In this document: positions 24,990-38,719 of the stretch, in pieces | Layout: every line of letters begins with the position of its first letter | Position numbering within the stretch: the stretch's first letter is position 1 | Origin: Octopus sinensis | Taxonomy: Eukaryota | Direction: 5' to 3' | Length of the DNA stretch: 64,000 nt | Assembly (NCBI RefSeq): GCF_006345805.1 | Contig: NC_042998.1 | Location: 170,686,001-170,750,000, forward strand | The notes under the pieces: generated by a model | The model's database searches: none | The model's input: only the letters and a program-made list of their open reading frames with translations | Told to the model about the DNA's origin: nothing | Made by a program: the position numbers and the translations under genes

Positions 24990-27900
24990 ATTCTTTGACT
25001 CCATGTACAGCATAGAGCATCAACAAGAAATCTCCATCTGTCTCAATCTTTGGCAAAGGATTGCATTTTTACCCAGGTATAGCCACCTACCAGTGCCTCA
25101 GTTGCTGTGGACCTTCTTCATGTTGTTTTTGATCGGCTGTGTTTCTGTCTCCCTTGAGGTGTCCATTGGAGGCCTTGCTTTGTAATGTCAACAGGTTTCT
25201 GTAGGGTGTATCCCAGTGCAGATATATTGCAATCTTACTACTGTCCAGTCTATTTCTATAAACTTATAGATTCTAATGGTGGCCACAGAAGAGGTAGACA
25301 AAGTGGCTGGCCTTTCTCAGAGCATACTAGCTGCTGTTCATTGGTACTTATTGGTGGCATGCATCTTAGGACAAAGGTTGGGAGTTCAGCTATAGATGCA
25401 ATAGTTATTTCCACATGAATATGAGTTTTTTTACCACCACCACGCATTTTTTTGTGTTTGTGTTTGTGTATGTATCTGAACTGAGGGCAAAAGAGTCTTT
25501 TTGGGGTGCTGTTAAAGTAACCTTTGGAAATAACTTCATGTAGTGGAAGAACCATGAGGATTGAAATTGCTTAGGTAACAAACTGTACCTTTCACTTTAC
25601 CAGGTGTTCTTTTTGGTGAGAATATGTAGAATGTTGTTCTTTGCTCTTTGTTGTGGAATGTCTGATGGGGCCCAAACTGTAATGGTATAATCTACAATGA
25701 ATCTAATATATTGTTTGTACACCACTATTGTTTGGTTTTGATAGCCAAATTGTGGTGTCTGCATGTCCTCTACATGCCATACAGATTCTGTACATCAGTT
25801 TGCTTTGTTTATTATGTGTGCTGTGAATGTTGTTGTTGTAGTGTTGTATGTAAGTCCTAGTATATTTAATCTTCTGAGTGTTCTGAGTGGTATGTTTGTG
25901 TTGTCAAGTGTTGCTGATGAGAAAGTGCTACTTTAAAGTTGTTTTGAAAGCAGATTTCTGGGTGATAGATGTAGGGTTGCAGTAGATGTACAGCTGTGTC
26001 CTGAGAAAAGTGGAAGAATGTGATTATGATATCGTCTGCATTTGAGGCTTTGTATATCTTTTGAGGTGTGAGCAGATTGTCTCAGTACATGTTAAAAGTG
26101 CAAGCATGTCAGCGTAGTTGAAAAGTTTGCTTCCTAACCACATGTTTTCAAGTTCAGTTCCATTGCATGGCACCTTGGGCAAGTTTCTTCTACTATAGCC
26201 CCAGGCCAATGAGTGGATTTGGTAAGCAGAAACTAAAAGAAGCCTGTAATAATTGTGTGCGTATATCTCCTTGTCTTGGCATCACGCAATAACCGTGAGT
26301 GAGTGTCTCTGTCATACAAGTGGTGTCTTTCTTTTCTAATCTATAAACCTGTCCTATCAGGTGAGAGTTGGCAATAGAAGAGATTTTGGAAACGAGTGAG
26401 AGTTGGCAATGGAAAGGCATCCTGTCATAGAAAATTTCCTTCATTGAATTTTGTCTGACTCTTGCAAGCATGAAAACAATGGATGTAAAAATAATGATGT
26501 TGGGTGAGAGGATATATACATGAAATAGACCATTTGTGGAAATTGCAATATTTTTTTAATATGATAAGATTGACAAACAGCCAAGTTAGCTTGCTGGTCT
26601 ATATTTTGTGTTGTTTCTTTAGATGTTCTGTAAGTGGATAGCAGGGAATGGAGCCAAAAGTTTGCTGATGTCGGTAGTAGTTAGAATGGTTATCCTCATT
26701 ATCATCATTTGATGTCCATTTTGTGTGCTGGCATGGGTTGGACGGTTTGACAAGAGCTAGCAAGTCAAAGGGGTTGTGCCAGGCTCTGTTGTCCAATTTG
26801 GCATGGTTTCTATGACTGGAAGCCTTTCCTAATGCCAATCACTTTACAATGTACTTGGTGCATGTGAGAATTTTTGTTCTTTTTAAGCAACTTATCCAAT
26901 GTTCTAATGACTCAGCCAATTGGTTGTATTGGAATATGCATGTATGTGTAAATAGCCATGTATGTGTGTAGTTGAAAAGCTTGCTTCCTAAAACCACATG
27001 GATGCAGGTTCAGTCCCACATGTCACCATGAACAAGTGTCAGCCCAGGGCTGACCAATGCTTTGTGAGTGGATTTGGTAGACAGAAGCTGCTGTGTGTGT
27101 GTGTGTGTATGTATACTTGTCTTGACATTGTATGATAGCTGAAAATGAATGTCATTCATTTCCAATACTCTGCAAAAATATGTCTGGTCATGAGAAAGTA
27201 TTGCCTTACTTGGAAAGTGATAGTTGTTAGTGACAGGAAGGACCTTTGAAAATCTGCCTCAAATAAACGCTGTATGATCCATGCAAGCCTGGAAAGGTGG
27301 ATCTTAAGATGATGACAACAATAATGAAACTATCTTTTGAGCTTTGTATTAGGTTCAAGTTAAGTCATCTGAATTTGTATTGTAATTTAGAGAGGTGAGA
27401 TGAGGAGTGGGTTAATAAATGCAGTGAATCCTTTAGGCTCTGGGGGTTTTAGATGTATGTTTGCAATCTTCTCACAACCTGATACTTTTGAATTTTTAGA
27501 TTTACTTACAGCTTTCAGAGTATCTGATGGGAGAAAAAGCTCAAAATCATGGTCTACATAGGTGTGTTTTTCTTCTTAATTTTTATTTTGGATTCTTCTT
27601 TGGGTTTTTGGCGGCTGATTTTCAAGAAACAACCTATGAGAGTGCTTGTTTGGTGTTAGTGTTTGGACATTTGAGATTTTTATTTTGACATAGGCTATAG
27701 TATGGCAATTATTGTTGATAATAAATACTCAACTTGCGTTAGTTTTCCATTTCTTTCTTTGTTTCACACTGAGCTCCAGTTCTGTTTATGGTGTTGATGT
27801 ATTATAACTGATGTTAGTGTTTTTGTTTTATAATTTGCCCCTATTTGTTTTAAGCATCTGTAATTATTTGTTTGAATTTGGTTGCTGATTATGGTATTTT

Positions 27901-28280
27901 TGAATTCTATGAACCATGATTATATTTCCTGGTAGTACTGGTTCCACTACATTTTTGCTCTCCACTTCTCTTTTTTTTTCTTTTGCTTTATCTATTAATG
28001 TGTGAGTGTGTTGGCCAGATGAGAGTTGGGGAAGTTTGTTATTTGGTTGTGGTGGCTCAGTGTATGAACAGATGATGATGTCTGGAGGAAGAATTGTTCT
28101 ATGTTGATTGGTAAAACATGTTGGTGTGGAATATTTACAATATAAAAGAGTTTAGTTGTGGATTTTAGCTGTTGTTTTGTCTCTTGTCTCACCAGAGCTT
28201 TTGGAATACCCAGGATGTGTTGTATGCATTAATGTCTCTCTTAATTTTGCTACTTGAGAGAGTAATTATCTTCGGGTGTG
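24990..28280 (-). mobile_element. Old I/Ingi/Jockey-group LINE remnant, interrupted by SINEs and an RTE tail
   Basis: Minus-strand A/C-rich coding-like bias; NADDIII (YADD-like) at ~26045-26025; KPPEPK (KAPGPDG-like) at ~27450; heavily decayed. Confidence 0.45.
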
Positions 28281-28789
28281 AAATGTTGGCATTTTTCAAA
28301 TGTATTGTATGGAGGAAACTATCATGTTGTAAAGGGAGATAATAATTGCACTTTATGCTTTTGTCGTGATTATTGTTGTCATTTATTGTTTCTGAAAGGT
28401 GAGTTCATGACGAGCTTTTGTAACTGGTGCTGTTTGACGGTGTTGTGTGATTATTTTAGAAAATACCTTTTGTGCAAAGTTGTTGGTCACAGATCTGATC
28501 CACATGTGAAAAGTGTTTTACTGTGTTTCAAACCTTTATCATTCAACCAGCTTTCAAGCCGTGACCATCCTGTCCTATTTTTATATTCAGGATTACTTTA
28601 TCCAGTATATTTATTCATTTAGAAGACAGAAGATTAAGATTTTAAAGAGATTTAGCTTCCAATTACAGCAGGTCAGATGACTATATGGTGGCTCCTTCAT
28701 TCAGTGATAAAATTTGACGGCTGAAGAGTTTTTGTTGTTTTTTTTAAACACTATTTTAGGAGATGCATTCTAGAACATGTAAAAGTGTG

Positions 28790-29035
28790 TAACCTAGCTG
28801 GTAGGGTGTTGCATTCACGATCACAAGATCATGGTTTCAATTCCTGGAGTAGGTAGTGCAATGTGTTCTTGAGCAAAACACTTCATTTCAAGTTACTCCA
28901 ATCCATTCACCTGTAAATGAATTACCCTGCAATAGACTGACATCCTATTCAGGGTGAGTGTTGTGATCTCAGTCACTTATACATCATGGAAACTGGATAA
29001 CAAGCCCTATGAGTCCTTGAACCCAAGACACTAAC
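28790..29035 (+). mobile_element. SINE family C (tRNA head; V/Meta-like central domain)
   Basis: ggtagggtgtt..catggtttcaattcctgg head, gtgttcttgagcaaaacac, ccctgcaatagactgacatcctattcaggg, ggaaactgg..gccctatgag. Confidence 0.6.
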
Positions 29036-29329
29036 ATCGTTCTAGAACATGTGCATCTAAGCTGTGAATGCAGTGTTTTGGTGTAGTCCTCTACAGAACA
29101 AAATACATACTAAATATTCAGAGTTAGTAGCTGCTAAAGGCTCAAATATTTTCAGGCTCTGAACAGAAACTACACCATTTGTGAAGCAGTCTTTGTTAAG
29201 TAAATTATATATAGTTGCTATGAGAGATTGTCAGACATGGTATTTGTTAAAGACAGCAGTGTCCATTAAAATAAATAATAATAATGAAATTATTGTATAC
29301 AGTGCTCAGGTGCACCACAACTTGTCAGA

Positions 29330-29790
29330 AAGTGAGTATAGAGTATATGCAGTAATGTACAAATGTCTGGAAAACGAACAATGTATGAGTCAGATACATG
29401 CTTGTGTGTGTATGGAGGGGAGAAAATCAGGTGTAGTGTTGGCGAATCTCAGAAAGCATGGAAGTTTTGAAGGATGCAGTGCTCCAACAACTAACAACTG
29501 GTGCCGGCAGTTTGTTCCATGCTTCAGCAACTCTCAGCATGAAAAAATGTTTCCTCAAATCATGGGAGCTGTACTGTTTTCTAACTTTGTAAATATGTTC
29601 ATGGGTGGAGTTTGAAAAGGTGCTCAGAGTTATTGTTTGTAAGATGGTTGGTAATTTTATGGGTGTCTGCCAAGTCAGCTGCCAGACATCGGAGTTTCAA
29701 TGTGTCCATGCCCAGGGAAGTAAGGCGTTCAGAATATGGCAAATATGGCTTCCAGACGATTGATATCCTGGGCAAGATAGGGGTTCTACT
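29330..29790 (-). mobile_element. CR1/L2-type LINE 3' fragment, same family as 1-630
   Basis: tgtatgagtcagatacatgcttg..ggaggggagaaaatcaggtgtag and following ~400 bp closely match 7-460. Confidence 0.85.
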
Positions 29791-30879
29791 AATTGCTTAG
29801 TACATGGATGTTTCTTTGGGATATGTGACATCATTTAAACGAGACTAACTTGTCAAAATAAACAAAGATATTTCAAAAGCCAAGCTTCAGTGAAGATGCA
29901 CAGGCTCAGAGGGAAGTATTAAGGGTGTATGTGGAAAAAACACGCAAGTGCAGAAAGATTAAACAGCAATGTCGTTGGAGGTGACAATAGATAAATAATT
30001 GATGCCAAATTGAGTGTAGAAGGAATGGGTGAGTTGATAGCTGGAAGGTCTGACATAGATCCAACTCCAAAAGTTAAAATTGTAGAAAAGCATGTGAATC
30101 AAAGGATTGTGGAGTTGTTTAGCTCCAGTTAAGACCTAATTGACCTACAGTCAAAAATATTCCAGTTATGATCAGTGGTCTTTTTCTTTTCCAGGCAACA
30201 AACTATATTATCGAATACCATTTTTATAATTTTTAAGATAGTAAAGTGTAATTTGAGAAAGATATGGCTGCTATTTCTAGCAGATTTAGCAACTATGCTG
30301 GGGATCTATAAAAGTAGTATTGGATACATTAGAGAGATTTGTATACCAGACAAGGATAACAACTTTTCTTTCACTGATATATATATTTGATAGGAAAGGT
30401 CTAAAGTAGATATCACTTTGTAGGGCCCAAATGTTGTTCTCTGATGAAGAAATGAGATAGAGAACAAGGTATACATTTACAGTTATTTTTATACCATTAG
30501 ATATATTGGATGAGAAAGCAATCTTTGGGTTCATGAAATATCAACTTTCTAATAATTTGTATGCCTTTAAGCTTTTCATTGATAAAGCATACTATGTAGT
30601 CATGTGACAAATGATTGTAAATTCCTAGTTGACAAAACAGCTTGATAATGTTAAAACCAATCATTGGAATTGGTGGAAAAACACGGAGTTAAACTTGGTG
30701 ATTTATGATATCCTTTGTTCAAATCAGAAGAAATCAAATGTTTCTTATATTTCTTAAGGATTAATGAAATAACTATCAATATTAGACTGAGATCAATTCA
30801 ATTAGCATATTCTTCTATTATCAAAAATTGATCTGCCTTTGTAAAAAAAAAAAAAAACACATTTACTAACCTCATAGGT

Positions 30880-32200
30880 TGGGAACAGTTTATAGTTGTA
30901 TACTCCAGATCTGACATGGAGCTTGCTTTTCTGTCACACACCAATGGTCTCCTTTTTTAGAAAACATTGGTAAAAGCAATTTTGTTACCTTTGATGTCAG
31001 CAAAACCTTTAACTATGTCTGACATGAGAACTTCCAAACAAGGTTGTCCACCTATTGACTCTCATCTCTTGGATCAGATATTTCCTCTCAGACCACTGCA
31101 CCTCATTACATCAACAGAGTTCCTTGTGACCCAGCTTATATCAATTCCATAACAATTCAAGGCCTATATGTTTCATTTATTGTGTATGTTACCCATCACT
31201 TCTTAATAAACTTTTCCACATAGATGTCATCTACAGAAGATCCTCTGTGTGATCATTCAACTAACAGCCAAATTTCCATCAAGTCACACCAAGCCATCTT
31301 AAAAATGGAAGGATTAGGTATTAGATAATGTGGTTATGCACGCACTATGCCTGAAAATAAAATGAGATGGTCATAGATCTGCTTCAACAGGGTTAAATGA
31401 CACATGACCTCATGCCAAATATACATTACTTCTGTGAACAGAGAACTTACAAAACACAACAGATTGCAACATGACACACTATGCTCTCTTCCTTACTTAT
31501 AAATGACATACAATTAAAACCTTCAAAAATTTGCTTGGCCTCTCAGTTGCTGATGACTTTCCTTGGCACCCAACATATCTATAATATAGCGAAAATAGTA
31601 TAGCAGAGGTTACATCTTCAGGATCATAAATTACTTCAATTCTGCAAATGTTCGAGCTTTCTAGATCTGAAGAAAAAAATATCATTAAACTTATCGTCAT
31701 CATCGTGATAGCATGGATTGAATGGTCTGGCAGGATCCCATGGGCCCAAGGAGTGTATTCTGTACTAGTGTCTGCTCTGCCCTTCCTAATGCTGACCACT
31801 TTATAGCATGTACTGGGTGCGTTTTTCATGCTACAGCACTAGTGATTGCCATGCAGTTGGTACCCTATGCTAGGAGATGAGTTGTAAAAGTATAAGAGAA
31901 GAGACCAGAGCAGAATGTTTTTTGCTGTAGTGGAGCTACATGACTACTCACATTTTAGAAGAGAGAGTGGAAATATCAGGTGGAGCTGAAAATCATTACA
32001 ACTAGCTTACTGACTTATGTCCTCCTTCTGACACCACTACAATGGTTCTTGCTCCTCTGAACTAAGGATCATTGTAGCTTTCATCTCTCATCTCTATTCT
32101 CCAAGCTTATCCTCTTAAAAATGTCCTCCCTGCTCACATTTATGCAGCTGTTTTCTACTGAATCTCAACCTGCAAAAATTCATATTAAATATCAACTACA
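30880..32200 (+). mobile_element. Decayed L2/CR1-group LINE fragments, interrupted
   Basis: FVTFDVSKTFNYV*H (DxSKAFDxVWH-like) near 30985; 3'-end-like sequence at 31940-32190. Confidence 0.4.
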
Positions 32201-32227
32201 TCCAATCAAAATGGGCGCTTCTACATA

Positions 32228-32313
<86 letters not shown>

Positions 32314-32319
32314 ATATAC

Positions 32320-32610
32320 ATTTGAGCGAGGTTATTGCCACTGCCACTGGACTGGCTCCTGTGCAGGTGGCACGTAAAAAGCACCATTTGAGTGTGGCCG
32401 TTGCCAGTACTGCCTGACTGGCCCTCGTGGCGGTGGCACATAAAAGCACCCACTACATTCTCGGAGTGGTTGGCGTTAGGAAGGGCATCCAGCTGTACAA
32501 ACTCTGCCAGATTAGATTGGAGCCTGGTGCAGCCATCTGGTTTGCCAGTCCTCAGTCGAATCGTCCAACCCATGCTAGCATGGAAAGCAGACATTAAACG
32601 ATGATGATGA

Positions 32611-32615
<5 letters not shown>
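32320..32615 (+). mobile_element. RTE LINE 3' tail ending in (GAT)n
   Basis: aaagcacccactacattctcggagtggttggcgttaggaagggcatccagc..ccatgctagcatggaaagcagacattaaacgatgatgat. Confidence 0.75.
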
Positions 32616-32653
<38 letters not shown>

Positions 32654-32659
32654 ACAAAG

Positions 32660-32880
32660 ATCTTTCTCAAGTATTATAGACTCATAGGGCTGATTCATTG
32701 GTTTCTGTGGTGTATATATTAACTCTTGAACAGGATACTGGTCCATTGCAGGAATACTCATTGTTTTCTTGCTGAGTGGACTAGAGCAATATGAAATGAA
32801 GTGTTTTGCTCAAGAACACAACACATCACCTGGTCCAGGAATCAAAACCACAATCTTACCACTCAGCCATGCACCTCCAC
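32660..32880 (-). mobile_element. SINE family C
   Basis: ttgctcaagaacacaacacatcacctggtccaggaatcaaaaccacaatcttac..agccatgcacctc; matches 42320-42545. Confidence 0.7.
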
Positions 32881-32899
32881 ACACATACACACAAATATC

Positions 32900-33131
32900 T
32901 GTTTCTTTATTGCCCACAAGGGGCTAAACATAGAGGGTACAAACAAGGACAGACAAATGGATTAAGTCGATTACATCGACCCCAGTGCATAACTGGTACT
33001 TAATTTATCGACCCCAAAAGGATGAAAGGCAAAGTCGACCTCGACGGAATTTGAACTCAGAACGCAACGACAGACGCAATACCGCTAAGCATTTTGCCCG
33101 GTGTGCTAACGTTTCTGCCAGCTCGCTGCCT
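32900..33131 (-). mobile_element. Full-length SINE family B with 14-bp TSD
   Basis: A/B-box head (tggcagaaacgttag; gttctgagttcaaattcc on minus); TSD tacacacaaatatc at 32886-32899 and 33132-33145. Confidence 0.85.
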
Positions 33132-33199
33132 TACACACAAATATCATCAGTTAAGGTCCTCCTTTCGTACAGAGGCTGCACCGAGTACTACTGTCAACT

Positions 33200-34790
33200 T
33201 TGGCATTGATTTCTACAGCTAGATGCTCTTCCTAATGTCAACCACTTTACAGAGTGTACTGGGTGCTTTTTTACATGGCACCAGCAACAGTAAGACCACC
33301 AAATAATATGCAAGACAAAACCCCTCGATTGAGAGAGGTGGCTTAGTGCTAGCTGACGAGAATATGAAGAGAGGGATAGAAATAGGTATCTTGCAGTAGA
33401 GGAGATTTGTGGCTACCTCAGTTATAGAGTGATGAGAGAAAAGATGGTGAAGATGTGATGAAACATACACCCAAGTTAGAAGAAGGCATATATACAGTGA
33501 ACCGGACCAGGGATTGGATAGGTTAAGTAGCTGGGTAAGTTCACAAGCTTGCAAAATAGGATAGATGGAGGGGAGAGGAATGTAGATAGTGGGCATAGAG
33601 GGGTGTTAGGAGAATATATTGCAGGGATGAGATTTGATAGGAACATAGTGTGCAGATGGATTTGCAAAGGAGAATGGGATATAGAGGGAGGGGATCACGG
33701 ATGGTGGGGGAGGTGTTGAGAAGATGGGATGTGCAAGAGTGGTTTATCAGAGGCATGGGCATAAAGGACATGCCCTTTTTGGCTTTGGTTTCACTTAGCT
33801 TGACAAGTCCTCTCAAGCACAGCAAATCACCAATTGTCTCCATCCTGGGTGAGGTTCAACATCTGAAGATCATTTTTCACCACTACATCCCATGTCTTCC
33901 TCTTCTACTGGTTCCTGCTACATTTAGAAATCGGCATTTCTTTATGCAGCTGTTTTCGCCCATTTACATCACATGACCATACCAGTACTGTCTTCTCTTT
34001 TGCACACAATTTTTCTCTCAAAACACACTTTGTTGTATATGCACACTAACAGTGCACATCCAGCAGAGCATGCTGGCATCATTTCTTTCAAGCTTTTGCA
34101 TGTCCTTTACATTCACAGCACATATTTCACTACCATGTAGCATAGCTGTTTATACACAGGCATCATACAATTTGCCTTTCATCCTGAGGGAAGAGCCCTT
34201 TGTTAGCAATAAAGGTAATAGCTCTCCTTGCCAAGCCAGCTCTTATTCAGAGCATCCTTCACCACTACTAATTTGGTTCCCTAGGTAACAAAAAATATTA
34301 CCTCTAAGCATCCCTCTAAGTATTTGAGGAAATCTGTATCCTGTGTTCTTAGTGTTTATTGTTTCTGCACATCTGTCACACAAAGATTACTCTCTCTCTC
34401 TCTGTTAACCTTCCTGTGAATTTCTTGCATGTCAATAGCTTGCACTTGGTACACTGTATGGAATTGCTACCAACAACTTTTCTACATATTGAGTAAGACT
34501 ATCTTCCTGAAGGAATTAGTAATTTGTCTGCTTTCCTGCTTACTAATACTTTGGTCAAGACCCTTTGATTACAGTCTTTGCTTCCACACATGAAATTTCT
34601 CTAATTCTACTAAAGATTCAACTATAAGAACAAGGTCATCAACATAGAGGAACTACCATGGACAATCAGTTACAGCCTTGAGGATTATGATAAATAAGAG
34701 GTGGCTGAGAACCAATCCTTGGTGAACTCCTACCTGCGCATTAAATCCATTGCTATACTCATTGCTGACTTTCACTTCTGACAGCATCCC
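33200..34790 (-). mobile_element. RTE LINE, 5'-truncated, decayed
   Basis: Minus: VGVHQGLVLSHLLFIII..FLYVDDL near 34640-34740; RTE 3' tail motif near 33200-33290. Confidence 0.7.
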
Positions 34791-34799
34791 AATAAGTGT

Positions 34800-36380
34800 G
34801 TGCAGATGTATATTGGTATGCTTGCACTTAGTGATGTGAACAAGAAAGAGGTGTGGAAGAGTTACTATGCAACACTGTTAAATGTGGAGAATAAATGTGA
34901 TAAAAGTAGTCTTCTTCATGTAAGCCCAACAGAGGGACCAGCTATCCTAATGGGAAGCAGTATGGCTGAAAAGGCAATTAAAGACATGAAAACAGGGAAA
35001 GTCCCTTATCCATCTGAAATTACTGCTAAGATACTCAAAATATCTGGTAAGGTAGATATGGTTCTAATCACCTCAGTTTATTCAGGAAGGTGTAATAACC
35101 AGTCACTGGCATAGCAGCATTATTGTTAGCTACTACAAGGGTGAGGGTGATGTTTTAGATGGAAGCAATTATAGAGGTCTCAAACTCCTGGGCCAGGGAA
35201 AATTATGGAGAGTTATAGCCCAATTAATTAGGAGCAGAATTAGGCTACACAAAATGCAGCTTGGCTTTGTCCAAGGGAAAAGCACTACTGATGCTATCTT
35301 CATGGTCAGATAACTGCAAGAGAAGTACTTAGCTAAGAATAAACTATTATACTTGGCATTTGTTGATCTAGAGAAAGTCTTCAGCAGAATACCCCACTGT
35401 GAGCTCTGAGGTTAGGGATAAAGTGGCTTGTGAAAGGTAGATGTCCCTGTTCAATTTGAAGGAAAAGTGTAGGCAGGAACTCCATACAGTGTATCCAGTG
35501 TAAGCTACAGACACACAAGAGGTGCAGTGGAATAACAGGAAGGTTATTAGAGAAAGTAGTGTTCATGTGTAGAAGATGCACAGGATCCATAAAAACTAGA
35601 TGCTCAGGAATTTGAATTTCTCAAATGCCCAAGTGGCCCATTAGAGGTAGTACCTAGAGGACCAAATAGGTAGTGGATGAGGATGTACAGGGAGTGTGAT
35701 AGCTAGAATAAGAAGAGGATGAAAGAAATTTAGAGAGCTGTTACCTCTGTTGGCTGTGAAAGGTTTCTCTCTCTGAGGAAAAGGAAGATTGTATGATGTG
35801 TGTATAAGGACAGCAATTCTACATGATAGTGAGATGTGGTCCGTGAATGCAGAGGACATGTGAAGGTTAGAGAGGCATGTGGCTACTATGCTCAGCTGGA
35901 TGTATAATGTAAGTGTACATGTTCAACAGAAAGCTAGTGTATTGAGAGAGAAGTCAAGCATAAGAGGAATTAGATGCAGCGTGGAAGAGAGAAGACTGCT
36001 CTGGTTAGGTTGTGATGCTGATGGATGCCGACAACTCCATAAAGAAGTGCCAATCTCTTAAAGTATATGGAACACATGAACAAAGTAATGAAGGATGATC
36101 TCAAAACCCTGAACCTTACAGACGAGATGACAAGGACCAAGATACCTGGCTTCTTATTGTACTCAAGACACATACTCCACAGCAGAAATGTTAAATGCAC
36201 TCTCTCTGGTGAAGAATATTGGCCTTCGAGAGTCCTGAGCCAGTGCCACGTAAAAGCACCCAGTACACTGTGTAAAGTGTTGGTGTTAGGAAGGGCATCC
36301 AGCCATAGAAACCATACCAAATTAGACTGGAGCCTGATGCAGCTCTGGTCAAACCATCCAACCTATGCCAAACTAGTGTA
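34800..36380 (+). mobile_element. RTE LINE, internally deleted, decayed
   Basis: VWKSYY..KAIKDMKTGK, NYRGLKLL, QLGFVQGKSTTDAIF..LQEKYL..LAFVDLEKVF, ERRLLWLG; RTE tail 36240-36370. Confidence 0.8.
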
Positions 36381-37919
36381 AGTGAAGAGGAAGGATTTAA
36401 AGAGTACTAAAGCTGTTTTATACTACAATAAATAAGCCTTTGTTGTCTGGCTTCAGAATGTAGGCAGGGGATTTTGAAAATCTTGCTGCATTCCTGTTCA
36501 AAAGATTAGGTAAAAGCAAGTGAAATTGAAAATGTTATAAGTAGGTTGATATAATTAAGAATATCTGTCAGGTAACAGGTTGGCATTAACAGCTGTAAAA
36601 ATCCTGCCAAAACAATCGCAAATGTCTGGTGCACGCTTCTGCCTGGCCGGCTCCTGTCAACCATCCCACCCATGCCAGCATGAAAGGTGGATGTTAAATG
36701 ATGATAGTGATATATATATATATATACAGCTTAGTGAAAGAAGGAAGGGCAATTTTCAAGATTCTTCTTTATGTTTTCAGGGCCTGAAAATCTCGTGATA
36801 AAGAAAAGAGGAAATTATCTTCAAACAAGAGATATGGCCTAAATGCTTGCAACAAAGTGAATTCCACTAACAGCAACCTCCCAATGACTAAATGGTAACC
36901 AAGCAACAGATTGTCTATCACACCATGATTCAGAATACAAAGGGCCATAACAAATACTGCAAGGCACCTTGTCCAGTTCTCTAATATTTCCACTAATCTA
37001 CTACCTTCAACTGGTTTTTAATTTGTCAACCATGAAATGATAAAAAGTGACTTAATTTTACCCAGTTCTGAACTTCTATGCTCCAAGGATTCTGCCAATT
37101 TGCTACCTATTAAATTAGCAACCAAATTTCCCTCAAATCACAACCTTCTATCTTAAAAAGAGAAAGAGACACACAAATTTATTTAAAGACATTCCCGCTA
37201 AGGCTTTCAAATCAAGTATTAATTGCTGTATGGTAAAGCTACATCATCTAAATTTTACAAATTCTGGATTTATAAAAGATGTTTTCCCAAAAAACTAGAA
37301 AAGTGGTTTTTCTATCCTTATCCAATTACTGTGGACTTTGCCTGCTTGTTGCTGCTATTAAGATTTTTGATGTCATTCTTCTATCATTACTGCTATAATA
37401 AAGATACATACACTTTGACAAAGCCATAGTAACTGCTCTGCTCATGGATCAAATCTTCATGCTCACGTGCCTCCTGCAAAAGGAATACTCATTCCAACAG
37501 TTCATGATCATCACTTATAAACTTAGCCTAATGCAAGTCACAAGAGTATCATGGATATTGATGGTAAACCCACCAAAACTATCTCACCTGATAAAGGAAT
37601 ACTCTGTTAGACTGTAGGATCCAAAATTACATCAAACAGAGAAGAGAGCCAATTACTTGAATATTAAATTGATTTATGATAGGGATATGAACTTTCACTT
37701 TTCAACAATGTGATCAGGTGGTTGCTATCCATTAGTTTTAGGAGTAATAGTCTTTCTAGATCAGTGTTCTTACCCTGGGCAGCAGTGACCCCTTGGAGGA
37801 ATTGTGAGCTCACAAGAGATGAACACTGGGTATTTGGGTGAGGTGGGGTATGATTTTCCTGAGAAAATATAGAAACATATTTAAGAAAAGTTACAATAAA
37901 CACAAGTTTTATATCATTT

Positions 37920-37995
37920 GTTCCTACATATGTTTCGCCATTGTAGTTTTTAGGAACTCTGCATTGCTTACTTAACCACAGATCATCAGGGGAAC
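37920..37995 (-). ncRNA. Minimal type-I hammerhead motif (HHR-C), stem II base degenerate
   Basis: Minus: GTTCCC-CTGATGA(37989-83)-tc TGTGGTT..AACTACA atggc-GAAA(37936-33)-C ATAT G-TA^GGAAC; stem I 5 bp with one bulge; GUA site; palindromic CATATG. Confidence 0.5.
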
Positions 37996-38124
37996 ACTTT
38001 ATTACAAAGAACTAAAGTCTGAAGCATATTTGATGAAAAACAATCTTTGTCAGGATTAAAATATAATTATGTTTCCTCTTATTCTTTCTTTTTCTTTTTT
38101 CTTGTTTCAGTCATTTTGCGTTTC

Positions 38125-38490
38125 AGTCTTGTTTCAGTCATTTTGCGGCCATGCTGGAGCACCGCCTTTAATCGAGCAACTCGACCCCGGGACTTATTCT
38201 TTTGTAAGCCCAGTACTTATTCTATCGGTCTCTTTTGCTGAACCGCTAAGTAACAGGGACATAAACATACCAGCATCGGTTGTCAAGCAATGCAAGGGAG
38301 ACAAACACAGACACACAAACACACACACGCATATATATATATATATATATATATATACGACGGGCTTCTTTCAGTTTCCGTCTACCAAATCCACTCACAA
38401 GGCTTTGGTCGGCCCGAGGCTATAGTAGAAGACACTTGCCCAAGGTGCCACACAGTGGGACTGAACCTGGAACCATGTGGTTGGTAACAG
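38125..38490 (-). mobile_element. SINE family A
   Basis: cggccatgctggagcaccgcc..ccaaatccactcacaaggctttggtcggcccgaggctatagtagaagacacttgcccaagg. Confidence 0.85.
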
Positions 38491-38719
38491 CCACTCCTGC
38501 TAAAAGGAAAAGATTGGGTCAAACTAACTGTAAGACAAAATGAAGAGTGAAGTATCAGTAGCAGATATGAGATATAAAAAACAAATCAAGCTGGGCAGTA
38601 GAATTAGACTCATAAGAAGACAGAAAAGCATTGTGTGAAGGTATGAATTGAATAGGAAAGGGGATGAGAGAGAGAAAACAGATGAAAAGAGGAAGAGAGA
38701 GGAACGTTGAAAGGTTGTG

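Noticed and set aside
25914-25965. CTGATGA..GAAA string
   Set aside because: No credible stems; lies inside a decayed LINE RT fragment.
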